The position numbers and the translations under genes are program-made. 64,000 bases of DNA from Hypanus sabinus (Eukaryota), in assembly GCF_030144855.1 (NCBI RefSeq), contig NC_082727.1, forward strand, positions 36,332,001 to 36,396,000, written 5' to 3'. The notes beneath the pieces are model-generated. The model saw nothing but the letters and a program-made list of their open reading frames with translations, had not been told where the DNA came from and ran no database searches. Below, one piece after another: positions 1 to 12,490 of this stretch; position 1 is the first letter of the stretch, and each line of letters starts with the position of its first letter.

Positions 1-36
1 ATTGTTTACAATCAGAAACAGGGAGAATTATAATTA

Positions 37-824
37 CAGTCGGCCCTCCATATCCGCGGGGGTTCAGGGATATGGACCCCCCCCCCCCCCGCGGATACCA
101 AAAATCTAGGATGCTTAAGTCCCTTATTTAACCTGTCTGAATGCGATGGTCTTTAGGACCCAGCGGAACCCCGGAGTTTATTTAACTTTTATTAGTAAGG
201 AGCGCATTAGGACCTGGCGCAGCTCTGAATCGGCAATGTTTCCGTTTACAAAAATAATCACGAATAAAAATAAAGTGGAAGTAATAAAGCGATCAGAAAG
301 AGCTGACACGCTGACGGTCATTGGAAAAGCGTTAGGCTACAGGCGCTCAACGATCGGAACAATTTTAATGAAGGATGTGAAGGCTACACAGGTTACCCGA
401 TGAAAGCTACAATTATTACTAAGCGACAAAGTGGTTTAATTATTGAAATACGTATGTTTCTTTAGTGTTTTATATGCCGAGTAAGGTAAAATATATACTA
501 TATACGAAGAAAAACGTTTGACTAACTGATGCTAAATAATACCGGAGGTACCTTTTCCGACTTCAAATCCGACTTAAGGACAGTGACAGGAACGAAACTC
601 CTTCATAACCCGGGGACTGCCTGTACTTTTAAATCATTTCAAGATTACTTATAATACCTAATACAATGTAAATTCTATGGAAATAGTTGTTATACAGTAT
701 TGTTTAGGGAAAAATGACAAAAAAAAAGTTTGTATATGCTCAAACAACAAGTGCTGGAGGGAGAACCGCTCCGCGGTTGGTTGAATCCCCGCATGCGGAA
801 TCCGCGCATAAGGAGGGCCGACTG
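37..824 (+). mobile_element. Tigger/pogo-like (Tc1-mariner) non-autonomous DNA transposon upstream of IFIT gene 1
   Basis: TIRs CAGTCGGCCCTCC(A/T)TAT at 37.. and ..824, with TA duplication at 35-36 and 825-826. Internal CENP-B/psq-type HTH remnant KVEVIKRSERADTLTVIGKALGYRRSTIGTIL (ORF 146-403). Absent from the homologous sites upstream of genes 2 and 3 (~26333, ~51995). Confidence 0.85.
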
Positions 825-1099
825 TAGCTGAAAAGGAATGGTCAGAACAACCCATTACACTGGCATTTTCTGACACGTAGATTATTTCTATGATTAAGCA
901 ATGCTTATATAGAAAATGCTTCCAAATTGCTTTTAATTACCTCAGTGTTATGTTAACTATTAATATGAATTTCTAGTGATAATAAGGAAGTAGCTGGTAG
1001 TGCAAAGATCGAACATCAGACGCAACAACGGAGACTCAGCAGAAGAAGAACCGCACAAACTGAGAAAGAGCACAATTTGCTTTCCATCCAACGAACATC

Positions 1100-4000
1100 A
1101 TGAGGTAAAGGATGTTTCCTTGCAGTTTACCTTTATGTACAGATCATTATAGAGGAGGTGGTTTACGAAAAATAGTGGATCATAGTGCACTAACTATGAA
1201 ATGCCAAGAGTGGACACACACAGGCTAACACGGTAGTTGAATGATGAGACTTTAGGGTGATTCCTACATTACTCTGCTGGGGTGGAAACAGTGCAGGGAA
1301 TTGCAGTGCTTTACTGTTATTTTTGTTATTAACATGTAATAAAAAGGCAGTAAACACGAGATTTGTATCTGATTCCTGACTTCTGAAGAGCCTTCTGTTC
1401 TGTCTGATCTCCAGATCCAACAGCAGTTCAAGGGATCATAAATAATCCTCACTCACGGCAGGAGAGGCAAGAGGAGTAGGAGAGTAGGAGTCTGATCAAG
1501 TCGGTTTATCTGCACTTGTCTTCCTCAGACAGGGGTCTTCGGTGGAATACGACTGAGAACAATGACATTATTTGAAAAGCTTAGCAGTCAGCGTAATCAC
1601 TTTATCATGGATTGATTTCCATGGTAATTTGTAAGGAATGGGGACATTCTCTCTGTGACTGTGTGTGCTTCCTCTGGGTATTCGACTGTGATAGAACATT
1701 TCAAAGATGTGCGGGTTAGGGTTAGCATTTAGCTGTGCTGGAATCGTGGTGACACACTTGTTGGTGGCCCTATGCAATTCTTTTTGATCTGATATAATGT
1801 CAAACAATGCATTTCACTTATGCTTTGATATACATGTGACATGTGAAAAGCTAATCTTTAATCTTCAAATTTTTAAAAGTATGAATTGATCCAGCTCTGC
1901 CATACACTACAGCCACATAGATTTGAGCATGTTGGAGCCTATGGGCTGCATTCAGTACTGAGGTAATACACCAGAGGAACATGCTACTCTAAACTGTCAT
2001 AATTTCCAGCCCCTAGCAGCTTTTAGGACAGAATGGAGGAGCTGCATCCACAATGCGGCAAATTCATCTCCTTTAGGAGGAAGCAGGAAGCAGAGTTGAT
2101 CTCAGAGTAGGGTTAAAGGTCGGCACAACATGTTCTATGTTCAACGCTGGTCTATGTTCTTTCAGAAATGTGCAGCAGGATCAGGGGACGTTGCTCATGC
2201 AATTGGTCTGTGAACTGGTCTGGTAACTCATAAATTGCCAGACTTCAGGGGGCTTCACAAAACAGCTTTATCTCACTAATGTTATTGAAGTTCTCAATCT
2301 TCTGGACATTGAGTCTGAGTACTGGTGGCTGTCTAGGGAAAAGCACCACATCTCAGTACCGAGATCTGGAGCTATGCTCAGGCTGCTGGCAAAAAAACAA
2401 AAGTCTGCAATAGTGGGAGAGCTCAATGTCTGGTAATAAAACCAAGTCCAGCATCAGTGTAACAAAGCAACAGATCAGCTGCCTTGGCTGTTCAGGAGAC
2501 ACATTTCCATCTTCATCACATGAATCAATTCTTCATATTAAGAAGAGGGATGCCTCACGTCTTAATAAGCTGGTAAGGAAGGTGGGCTCTGTCGTGGGCG
2601 CAGAACTGGAGAGTATGACATCGGTGGCAGAGTGGAGGGCGCTGAGTAGGCTACGGTCAATCATGGAAAACCCTGAACATCCTGTGCACAGCACCATCCA
2701 GAGACAGAGAAGCAGCTTCAGCAGCAGGTTGCTGTCAATGCAATGCTCCTCAGACAGGATGAAGAGATCATTACTCCCCAACGCCATTCGGCTCTACAAT
2801 TCAACCACCAGGGGCAATACATGTTAAAGTGCCGGGGTTAGGACTGAGATTAAGTTACCACTCAATGCACTTTAGTAAACTATTTAAGAACTTTTTAAAA
2901 GCTATTTATTAATGCTTTTTGGGAGGGTGATTTTAGATGCATATCATATTTATACTGAGTTAAATACTGTATGTAATTAGTTTTGCTACAATAAGTGTAT
3001 GGGACACTGGAAAAATGTTGAATTGCCCCTTGGGGATGAATAAAGTATCTATCTATCTATCTATATTGGGCTACTGATCTGAAACATTCTCCTTCCTCAG
3101 GTGCAGACTGACAGGCTGAGCATTTCCAGGTTTTAAATGCCATAATTATAGAAAACTTCATTAAAAGGCAGCTTTCATACAGTTAATAAGTCTGCTATTT
3201 ATGGGATTGTAAGTCAGACATGCAGCAAGTGATCTGAGATGGAATTCATGATTCCGTTTTTTCTCTCTTGCAGCAACACACCGGGAGATTTATTGAAAGA
3301 GAAGCTCGATCAGCTGCAGTGTCACTTCACATGGAGTCCACAGAAAGAAACTATTGACTTGGACGATATGATGTTAAGATTGCAAGATTCTCTGGCATTG
3401 GGTAAAAAATATCAAGCTGCATCGTACAACCATCTGGCTTTTGTAAACTCTCTGCAGGGTCATTTTGAAGAAGCCATTCAAAATTTAAAGGAAGCTGAAA
3501 AGATTCTGAGGGAGGAGTACAAAGATGAATTTGAAAGAAGAAGCATCATCACCTATGGAAACTTTGCCTGGGTGCATTACCACATGGGACAACTGACCGA
3601 GGCCCAGTCCTATCTCGACAAGCTGGAGATGATCTGTAAACCGCTCAGTGATGGCCCTCGCTATACAGCAATGATACCCGAGGTGTACGGGGAGAAGGGA
3701 TGGTCATTGATGAGTTCTGCTGCTGAATACTATGAGGAGGCAAAGGAATGCTTTTCAAAGGCTCTGGAGCAAGATCCTGACAACACTGAGTGGATAATGG
3801 GACATGCAACTGCACTGTCTCGGCTGGAAGCATTTTCTGGAACCCCAGAGAGTCGTGATCAGAGTCAGTCAGTGAAGTATTTCCGACGAGTACTGGAGCT
3901 TGATCCAGATGATGCTGTGGCCATGGTGCTGTTGGCTCTAAAACTGCAGAGGTTAGGGCAAAATGAGGAAGCAAATGAGTTAGTTGAAAAAGCACTGACA

Positions 4001-4708
4001 AAGACCCCAGATCTGCCATATATTCTTCGCTATGCTGCAAAATATTATAGACAAAGGGGATTTGTGGAGAAAGCAATTGAGCTCTTGAAACAAGCATTAG
4101 AATTAACTCCACACTCTGGTTTCTTACACCACCAACTTGGATTGTGCTACAGAAGTAAGCTGAACTATACTCGTTGCAGATATCCTCGCAATCCTGTATT
4201 TCATCAGAAAGCTGAGTTGATCAATCTGTGCAAGTATCATCTTGAAAAGGCTTTTGATCACCGTCGAAGGTCATTTATTAGAGCACAACTGGACTTTGCA
4301 GACATCTGCATAACTAGTGGGGAATATTCCAGAGCAGAGGAGACTTACCGTAGATTGGTGGAGTTAGTGGACATTCGACCAGAGAATATGCAGAGCATTT
4401 GTCTGGAAGCTGGGTTATTTGAACTGTACCAGAAAAGATCTGAAACAAATGCTGTTCGCCTCTTCCTGAAAGGAGTGAAAATTGAATATAACTCAAGAGA
4501 ACGGGGAAAATGTCGCATGAATTTGGAGCAGTGGGCAGATAGAAAACTTAGTGTAAATGCACATGACAGCAAGGCTCTTAGTATTAAAGCAATTCTGTAT
4601 CAGCTGGATGGGAAAATGGGTAGAGCAACTGAATACTTTGAGAAGGCCTTGGAGTTTGATCCTGGCAATGAGGAATATGTGAGTGCTCTTTCTCAATTAC
4701 GTATTTGA
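1100..4708 (+). CDS. ifit5-like: IFIT-family (IFIT5-like) antiviral TPR protein, gene 1; exons 1100-1104 and 3274-4708; 479 aa (MSNTPGDLLKEKLDQLQCHFTW...)
   Basis: IFIT signatures LxQLxCHFTW, YGNFAWVHYHMG, EKGWSL, PYILRYAAKYYR and FLHHQLGLCYR. Canonical IFIT structure ATGAG|gtaaag...ttttttctctcttgcag|C, a phase-2 intron that restores Ser2 in frame. Orthology to a specific mammalian IFIT is not established. Confidence 0.93.
2534..3063 (+). mobile_element. Rex1/Babar-like LINE 3' end in the intron of gene 1
   Basis: C-terminal ORF2 motifs IKKRDASRLNKLVRK...HPVH...LPNAIRLYN, followed by AATAAA and a (TATC)n tail. Confidence 0.8.
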
Positions 4709-6486
4709 GCACCACTGGATGTTTAAAAGATGCATTTCCATCTGATCTGTGGATAGGTTTGGTGGGTTGTTGCTTTACTAGTTATATCCTTTCAGCACCT
4801 TCTCTTACTCGTTAGTGCCTAATTTGCAAAAATGGTCTGTCTACAACTATACCCAATTATTGCGTTTCTTTAAGAAATCTTCATTCCTCAAGTACCCTTT
4901 TACAAGTTTTGCTTCTCTGGACTCTGGAAAACTGGGATTGGGGATAATGCAGCAAGTAGAGTTAACTGAGTAATCAAACATTTTTCCACATTTGTTTGTT
5001 ACACCTATTAACCTTTGAATGTATTTTACTTTTCACGTGGATTTTGATGTAGAAGTGTAATGGTGGGATGATTTTTCGAGAGCAATTTTATTTTAAGAAT
5101 CATTGTAAAATATCCTCTTTAGATATGTCTGGTAATTAAAGCTTCAAAGCAGAGGTTGGACTTGTCTTGACAAAATCAAAAGAACACAAGCAACAAATCC
5201 TAACAGCATGAATCCAACCTGCTGAGTGTGGTGGAGGAATGGCTTGGAAGGAGGAATGACTGGCGAGTGGCAGTGGAGGGGTTTCGGGGATAATGAATGG
5301 AATTAACAAAAAATATGATATCTCTGGTCAGGTTTTCTCTAAAAGAAATATACACTTATTGATAATGTTATGAATCATTTTGTAAAGTGAAGGGGATGAT
5401 TGCCATTCCCAAGCCATACAAGTTAATTGAATTAATCAGATAGAACCACTTAAGTTGTTAGTGAATTCAGTGTTTCCCCACCTTACAGCAGTTTGAGTAC
5501 CACAAATACTCCATCAGAGAATTCATAGATTACTCCAAAATAAATCAGCATATTGTATAAAAGTTTGATCTTACATGCCTTGGATGTGAAAAAATAAACA
5601 CAAATCATAAAGTAGCTCTTTTGATCATTTTTTGTCAAAAATCACAATTTGAATGTTTCTCTGGGTACACAATCACTCCATGGGGTATCCTGTCATTGGG
5701 AATCAATGGTAAAGACGGAGTTTAATTCCAGGTAGAGATTGAATTGTTGATTGGTGTAGAGGCTTGAGTGTTCAGCCATTAGTATAGCGCTAGGGCCCTA
5801 AACAACATGCCCTACCAGCCCAGTTTCAGCACAATTATATCCATGTGACCAAATAACCAATGAAAGCAAATGGCTTTGGCATGTGGATGGAAACTGGTGT
5901 ACCTAGATGAAGCCACAGGCAGAACAAATAAAATCCTTACAGACAGTGGTGGGAATTGAATTCAGATCACTGCCTCTGTATTAGTGTTATGTCAATGACA
6001 ATGCTATAAAGGTTCCCCTTATCACTCCTTGCAGGTAGGTGGGAGGTATGTGGATGTGGTCGATTAACACAGACCCAAGGGGACCAGGCTCGGTCAATGA
6101 GCTGAAGTGGTAGACTTGTCTGAAGAACCACCCAACATCATTCCTACAGCACTAAAGTTGGCAAGGGTTCTATATTTTTGTCCATAAGAGACTCAGGGGT
6201 CAGGGCCTCATATCATTGGACCAAACCAATTTTTTTTTAAAGAGACTTGACCAGCAATTGAAAGCACTCGATGTAACAGTGAGTGTCTCTGCCCATAACA
6301 CACCAGTCACTGCAGCTCTTCAGCAAACCTTCAGAATCCCTCATCGTAGAAGGCTGGAAATTTTGTGGGACAGTGTAATTTCCAAATCCTGGTGCTGTCT
6401 CAGTCAGGGAAAATAAAAAGAAAGAAGTTCAAAGTGAGTAAAAATATGTTCAAAAGAATAATGGACAGTTGCTGAAAATTTGAGGG

Positions 6487-7250
6487 ACACACAGAAAATG
6501 CTGGAGGAACTCAGCAGGCCAGGCAGCATCCATGGAAAAGAGTACAGTCAACGTTTTGGGCCGAGACTCTTCGACAGGACTGTAGGAAAAAAAGACGAGT
6601 AGTGCATTGAATGGTGGGAAGAAGGAAGAGAGTAACGTGAGGTAATACGTGAAGCCAGGAGTCACAGGGGTGAAATAAAGAGCTGGCAAGTTGATTGGTG
6701 AAAGAGATACGGGGCTGAAGAAGGGTGTTTGACAGGTGGGTGTAGAATATGATGGAAGAAATAAAAAGGGGAAGAAGTACCGGGGGAGGTGATGGGCTGG
6801 CAAGGAGATCAGGTGAAGAAAGGAAAAGAGGATGGGGACTGGTGAAGGAATGGGTGGGGAGAGGACCATTGACAGAAGTTTGAGTAATCAATGTTTATGC
6901 CATCAGTTTGGAGGCTACACAGATGGAATACAAGGTGTTTCCCTCCAACCTGAGCATGGCCTCTGTGACAGTAGAGGAGCCAATGGATTGACGTATCAGA
7001 ATGGGAATGGGACGTGGAATTGAAATAGGTGGCCACTGGGAGATCTCTCTTCTTCTGGTGGTCAGACCTTAGGCGCCCGGCGCAATGGTCTCCCGAACTA
7101 CATCGGGTCTCTCTGATGTAGAGGAAGCCACAGTGGGAATACCAGATGCAACTAATGACCCCCACAGACTCACAGGTGAAGTGTCACCTCAGATGGAAGG
7201 ACTGTTGGGCCCAGAATGGTAGTGAGGGAGGAGGTGTAGGGGCATATGTA
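6487..7250 (-). mobile_element. Penelope-like element 3' fragment (GIY-YIG endonuclease plus 3' end with degenerate hammerhead)
   Basis: ORF 6809-7165 GVISCIW...GFLYIRET...LPVATYFNSTSHS...GINID is GIY-YIG-like. Typical 3' end GATGCTGCCTGGCCTGCTGAGTTCCTCCAGCATTTT. Confidence 0.82.
6543..6584 (-). ncRNA. Degenerate minimal type I hammerhead ribozyme of a Penelope element
   Basis: Minus strand reads TACAGTC-CTGTCGA-AGAGTCTCGGCCC-AAAA-CG-TT-GACTGTA: a perfect 7-bp stem I, with both core boxes (CUGANGA, GAAA) mutated. Confidence 0.55.
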
Positions 7251-7254
7251 GCTC

Positions 7255-7890
7255 ATTAATTTCTATATTACTGACTCACCACTCATACCCCTGATTCTCG
7301 GATACCCTTGGCTGTCCTAGCAGAATCTATCCATGAACTGAAGGAGAGGGGGAGTCATTGATTGGCCCAGTCATTGTAAGAGTGTATGTTTGCAGAGTGC
7401 TGTTCCAATACCTAGACTCTGCCAACACCAACGATAAACAAGGGGGATCTTCAGTGTGAAGTAACCTCGAGTCTTCTGTAGACCTAGTTCTGCCTTCAAG
7501 GATAGACAAGTTGGTTCCGACCAATGGGAGTACGTGTGTCTCGGCCTGGCCTAGTTGAGGCTGCACGGTAACTAGAGAGAGGGAATCTCCAGCCCAACTA
7601 ATCTGGATCTCCTGCAGCTAAGCCTAAAGGATCCAGCTGCCAGGTCCCAAGGAGAGGAAAGACCCCTCAGAGCATAGCCAGAGAGCGCAAGGACTTTTTT
7701 AAGCGCTTTGTTGCCGTTGCCCGAGGATGCGATTGAGCCTCATGGACCCCGGCAAGAGACTCAGATATCGGCTGCAGCACCCTGGCCATCTAAGAACCAT
7801 CAGCAAGCCTGAGGCATTGTGCGACCATTTAATGTGAGCAGAGGACACCCAAACAGCTTACAGCTTTCAGGGCAGGGTATGTCACTGTTC
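7255..7890 (+). mobile_element. Decayed chromovirus (Sushi-like Gypsy) protease/RT N-terminal fragment
   Basis: Translation ITDSPLIPLILGYPWLS...W...VIDWPSHCKSVCL matches the LILGxPWLxxxNPxIDW motif downstream of Gypsy protease. Confidence 0.55.
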
Positions 7891-7936
7891 AATCGGTTCA
7901 ACAGGTACACTTATTATCAGAGAAATGTGTACAATA

Positions 7937-8488
7937 ACCATATAACAATCTCGGCCCTCCTAGTCTGTGCCGAACTCTTAATCTCACCTAGTCCCACCTA
8001 CCCGCACTCAGCCCATAACCCTCCACTCCTTTCCTGTCCATATACCTATCCAATTTTACCTTAAATGACACAACTGAACTGGCCTCTACTAATTCTACAG
8101 GAAGCTCATTCCACACAGCTATCACTTTCTGAGTAAAGAAATATCCCCTCATGTTTCCCTTAAACTTCTGCCCCCTAACTCTCAAATCATGTCCTCTCGT
8201 TTGAATCTCCCCTACTCTCAATGGAAACAGCCTATTCACGTCAACTCTATCTATCCCTCTCAAAATTTTAAATACCTTGATCAAATCCCCCCTCAACCTT
8301 CTACGCTCCAATGAATAGAGACCTAACTTGTTCAACCTTTCTCTGTAACTTAAGTGCTGAAACCCAGGTAACATCCTAGTAAATCGTCTCTGCACTCTCT
8401 CTAATTTATTGATATCTTTCCTATAATTCGTTGACCAGAACTGTACACAATATACCAAATTTGGCCTTACCAATGCCTTGTACAATTT
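7937..8488 (-). mobile_element. CR1 LINE 3' fragment
   Basis: ORF 7988-8530 LYKALVRPNL.YCVQFW...LERVQRRFTRMLPG...LERRRLRGDLI. Flanked by a TACAATA direct repeat (7930-7936 and 8489-8495). Confidence 0.9.
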
Positions 8489-9409
8489 TACAATATACAA
8501 TATACATCCTAAAATTCTTTTTCTTAACAACCATCCACGTAAACAGAGGAGTGCCCCTAAGAAAGAATGACAGTTAAATGTTAGAGCCTCAAATCACCCC
8601 TTCCATGCATAAGCAGCAGCAAAGCAACGACACCCCATCAGTAAAAAATCAACAGAACCCCCCCCCTACCCCCCATACCCCCCCCCCCCCCCGTCACCAC
8701 CGAGCACTCAGGCGTGCAGCAAAGCATCAATAAAGACACAGACTTTCGGTAGTCCAAAGACGTCTTGTAAATCCGGTAATTCAGCATAGCAAAGTCTGTC
8801 TGTCTCTCTCTCTCTCTCTCTCCCCCTCCCCACCCCCATGTCCCCGTTTACAGTGAGAGGACAGATATAACAAAGCAGCTTGCTAATTTACGTATTAGAA
8901 GTCTGTTGTGATGCTTCTAATAAGCTCTGTGCCTAAAGAACTTGGGTCTCTTGGCACACAGCCAGCTCGCTGCTTACAATCTTCCGTCTCCAGCGATGGA
9001 TCAGGTGGCAGCACACTGGCCTTGAATCCATCTGCCTCCAGAGCCACGAAAATCCGGCGCCCTGACAGTGCACTGGTCTTCCAGGCCGCTTCCTTGGCAT
9101 ATTGAAAAGTGGCCCGGCATGTCGCCGGGAGAACCGATCCCATTTCCACAAAGAACCAAAGTCAGCATGTAACTCCAGCTCAGGCTCTTCAAAAGAACCT
9201 TGAAAGAGAGAAAAGGAGGTGTCAAAGATAGAAATAGAGCTGTTTCCGAGGATGCAGGCAAAGGAGTCACCGTTAGCTGTCATCACCCTCTGTTCCAGAG
9301 CAGGAGGACGAGGTTGGGGTTCCAGGAGTCAAAGATCTCAACCGACACTGCAAGCAGAAATGGACCAGGGCAAGAGATATTTTGCTGAAGTATACCCGGA
9401 AGGCGAAAA

Positions 9410-12400
9410 CCAAGCCTAACTGAAGGATCGGTTTGATAGCGGCCCAACCGAGCAGGTGTGCGGACATCACCCAGTTAGAAAGGCAGGAAGAATTTAAAAG
9501 GAGTGCATTTTTTTCTTCAGCGGTTTGATCAAGGCACGACTGAGCACACGCGTGGACATCAGCAAGTTAGACCAGAGGGAAGGATTTAAAAAGAAGTCAG
9601 CTTTATTGAGTGAGCCCTTCAGTAGAGGGTATCAGAATAGGAGGGCTTCGGCAATTACGGGTCCAGGCGAGGTAACTCCTTGTGCAGAATAGATACAGGA
9701 AGTATGTCTGTAAGGCCGTTGTTCTGTACTGGGTGTCAGATGTAGGATGTTTGGGAGACTCCCAGCCTCCCGGACGGCCACTCCTGTGCCAGGTGCATTG
9801 AGCTGCAGCTCCTTAGGGACTGGGTTAGGGAACTGGAGATGCAGTTCAATGACCTGCATCTGGTCAGGGAAAGTGAGGAGGTGATAGAGAAGACCTATAG
9901 GAAAATAGTCACACCGGGGCCTCGGGAGACAGATAAGTGGGTAACAGTCAGGAGAGGGAATGGCAAGTATGACAAATACAATAAATGTCCGGTTAAGATT
10001 AGTGCAATATAACTTTTTTCATCAATTATATATTACACCACAAAAAATAAATAAATTAAACCCAAATTTATCTGATCAGTGTTTCCGATGTAACCAAGAA
10101 ATTGGAACTTTTTTACATTCTACTTGGTCTTGTTCTAAAATTCAACCTTTTTGGACAAATTTAAGAATTTTATTGGAACAAATTATTGGAATACAACTTC
10201 CATATAATCCAATATTATTTTTATATTATTTTATTAATATATTATATTATATTAATAGGTGATATTGAAGGGATAAAACCGATACCCAAATTGAATAAGT
10301 ATCAGAAAGAATTTATAAAAATTGTATTAGCAGTAGCCAAAAAGGCTATTGCAGTTACTTGGAAATCGGATACATTTTTAAGTATAGATCGTTGGAAGAA
10401 AGAAATTTACAGCTGTATTCCACTTGAAAAAATTACTTATAATTTAAGAGATAAATATGAAACATTTTTGAAAATTTGGCGCCCTTATTTACAAAAGACA
10501 GGATTAAATATATAGGTGCTCCGAAGATGAAATAATTGGTTATTTGGGGAAAGAAATAAATATACATATTAAAGTTATTACGAACTCCATGGAGCATGTG
10601 GAGATCCTCCGATATCCAGCACTCCTTCTTTCTTTTCTTTTCTTTTCTTTCTTTCTCTCTCATTTTTTTCTATAGGGATGCTAGGGGGGAGGGGTTAAGG
10701 GGAGGGGGGATGGGTAATATACATTTTTTTCTCTACTTTTATTTTGTAACTACTTGAAATACAATAAAAAAAGTTTAAAAAAATATAAAAGGAAAAGGGA
10801 AGAGGTCCTGAAAACAGACTACAGGGAGTTAGGAAAGAAGCTGAGACGCAGGACCACAAGGGCAGTAATCTCGGGATTACTGTCTGTGCCACGCAACAGT
10901 AAGGATAGGAATAGAGTGAGGTGGAGGATAAATGTGTGGCTGAGAGATTGGAACAGGTGGCAAGGATTTAGATTTCTGGATCATCGGGTCCACTTTTGGG
11001 GCAGGTGTGATGTGTACAAAAAGGATAGGTTGCACTTAAACCCGAGGGGGACCAATATCCTGGCAGGGAGGTTTGTTAAGGCTATTGGGGAGATTTTAAA
11101 CTAAATTGCTGGGAGGTGGGAGGGCTGGCTGGCTGACAAATGGAGAAAGCTTGTAGGCTATGTGAGAAAGAGGATAGGCAGGTGACAGTAAGGGATGAGC
11201 TCAGAGCGTGGATCAGCACTTGGAGCTATGAAGTTGTGGCCATTACAGAGACCCGGATGACTCAGGGGCAGGAATGGTTACTTCGAGTGTCAGGCTTTAG
11301 ATGTTTCAGAAAGAAAAGGGAGAGAGGCAAAACAGGTGGGGGTGGTCAGAGCTAGTGTCACAGCTGCAGAAAAGGAGAAATCACGGAGGGAAGACCACAG
11401 TCTGTACGGATTGGTGATAACATATCCTCCTCACTGAAGATCAAGACTGGCGCACCTCAGGGGTGTGTGCTTAGCCCACTGCACTGCTCTCTGTTTGTGG
11501 TCAATACCAGTGGTGTGCTTTAGGGATCTATTATGGGATCCCTGGTCTTTAAATTTTTTTATAAATAACCTGGACGAGGACGTGGCGGGATGGGTTAGTA
11601 AATTTGCTGATGACATAAAGGTTGGGAGTGTTGTGGCTAGTGTGGAGGGCTGTCAGAGTGTACAGCAGGACATCTTTATAATGCAAAACTGGGCTAAGAA
11701 GTGGCAGATGAGGTTCGACCCAGATAAGTTGAGGTGGCTCATTTTGGTAAGTCAAATATAACGGCAGAATATAGTATTCATTTAAGACACTTGGCAGTGT
11801 GGAGGATCAGAGGGATCTTGGGGTTCGAGCCCATAGGACACTCAAAGCTGCTGCACAGGTTGACTGTGTGGTTAAGAAGTCACACAGTGCATAGGCCTCA
11901 TCAACTGTGGAATTGAGTTCAAGAGCTGAGAGGTAATGTTGCAGCTATATCGGACCCTGGTCAGACCTCACTTGGAGTACTGTGCTCAGTTCTGGTCACA
12001 TCACTACAGGAAGGAAACTATAGAAAGGTGCACAGCAGATTTACAAGGATATTGCCTGGACTGGGGAGCATGCCTTATGAGAATAGGTTGAGAGAACTTG
12101 GCCTTTTCTCTTTGGAGCGATGGAGGATGAGAGGTGACCTGATAGAGGTTTATAAGGTGAGAGGCATTGATCACGTAGATAGTCAGAGGCTTTTTCCCAG
12201 GGCTGAAATAGCTAGCATGAGAAGGCACTGTTTTAAGGTTCTTGGAAGTTGGTACAGAGGAGATGTTAGGGGAAAGTTATTTTATGCAGAGGGGTGAGTG
12301 CATGGAATGGGCTGCTGGTGACAGTGTTGGAGGTGGATACAATAGTGTCTTTTAAGAGACGCTTGGATAGGTACATGGAGCTTAGAAAAATAGAGAGCTA

Positions 12401-12490
12401 TGGATAATCCTAGCTAATTTCTAAAGTACATGTTCAGTATAGCATTTTGGGCTTAAGAGCCTGTATTGTGCTGAAGGTTTTCACTGTTTC
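9410..12490 (+). mobile_element. Internally deleted CR1 LINE (ORF1 esterase, APE endonuclease and RT remnants)
   Basis: SGNH-esterase ORF1 (VISGLL..P, GFRFLDH, DRLHLN.RG, 10800-11100). EN piece DELRAWI...VAITET (11190-11340). RT KFADD and C-terminal LERWRMRGDLI (11500-12300). Confidence 0.85.
9960..10790 (+). mobile_element. L1/Tx1-type LINE 3' end nested in CR1 ORF1
   Basis: zf-RVT CCHC motif CFRC...GTFLHSTWSC..IQPFW and terminal KIWRPY. AT-rich composition, AATAAA and an A-rich tail. Confidence 0.8.

Noticed and set aside
3239-3273. ORF-track start MEFMIPFFLSC for the 489-aa ORFs (also 28717-28751)
   Set aside because: This is the translated polypyrimidine tract and acceptor. The conserved ATGAG|gt exon upstream supplies the true start.
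3645-4696. Antisense ORFs within IFIT exon 2 (and duplicates)
   Set aside because: These are shadow frames of the coding strand with no recognisable domain, and they are not maintained in gene 3.
8895-9470. Cluster of overlapping short ORFs on both strands
   Set aside because: They lie in GC-richer repeat-derived sequence with no coherent protein motifs or exon structure.
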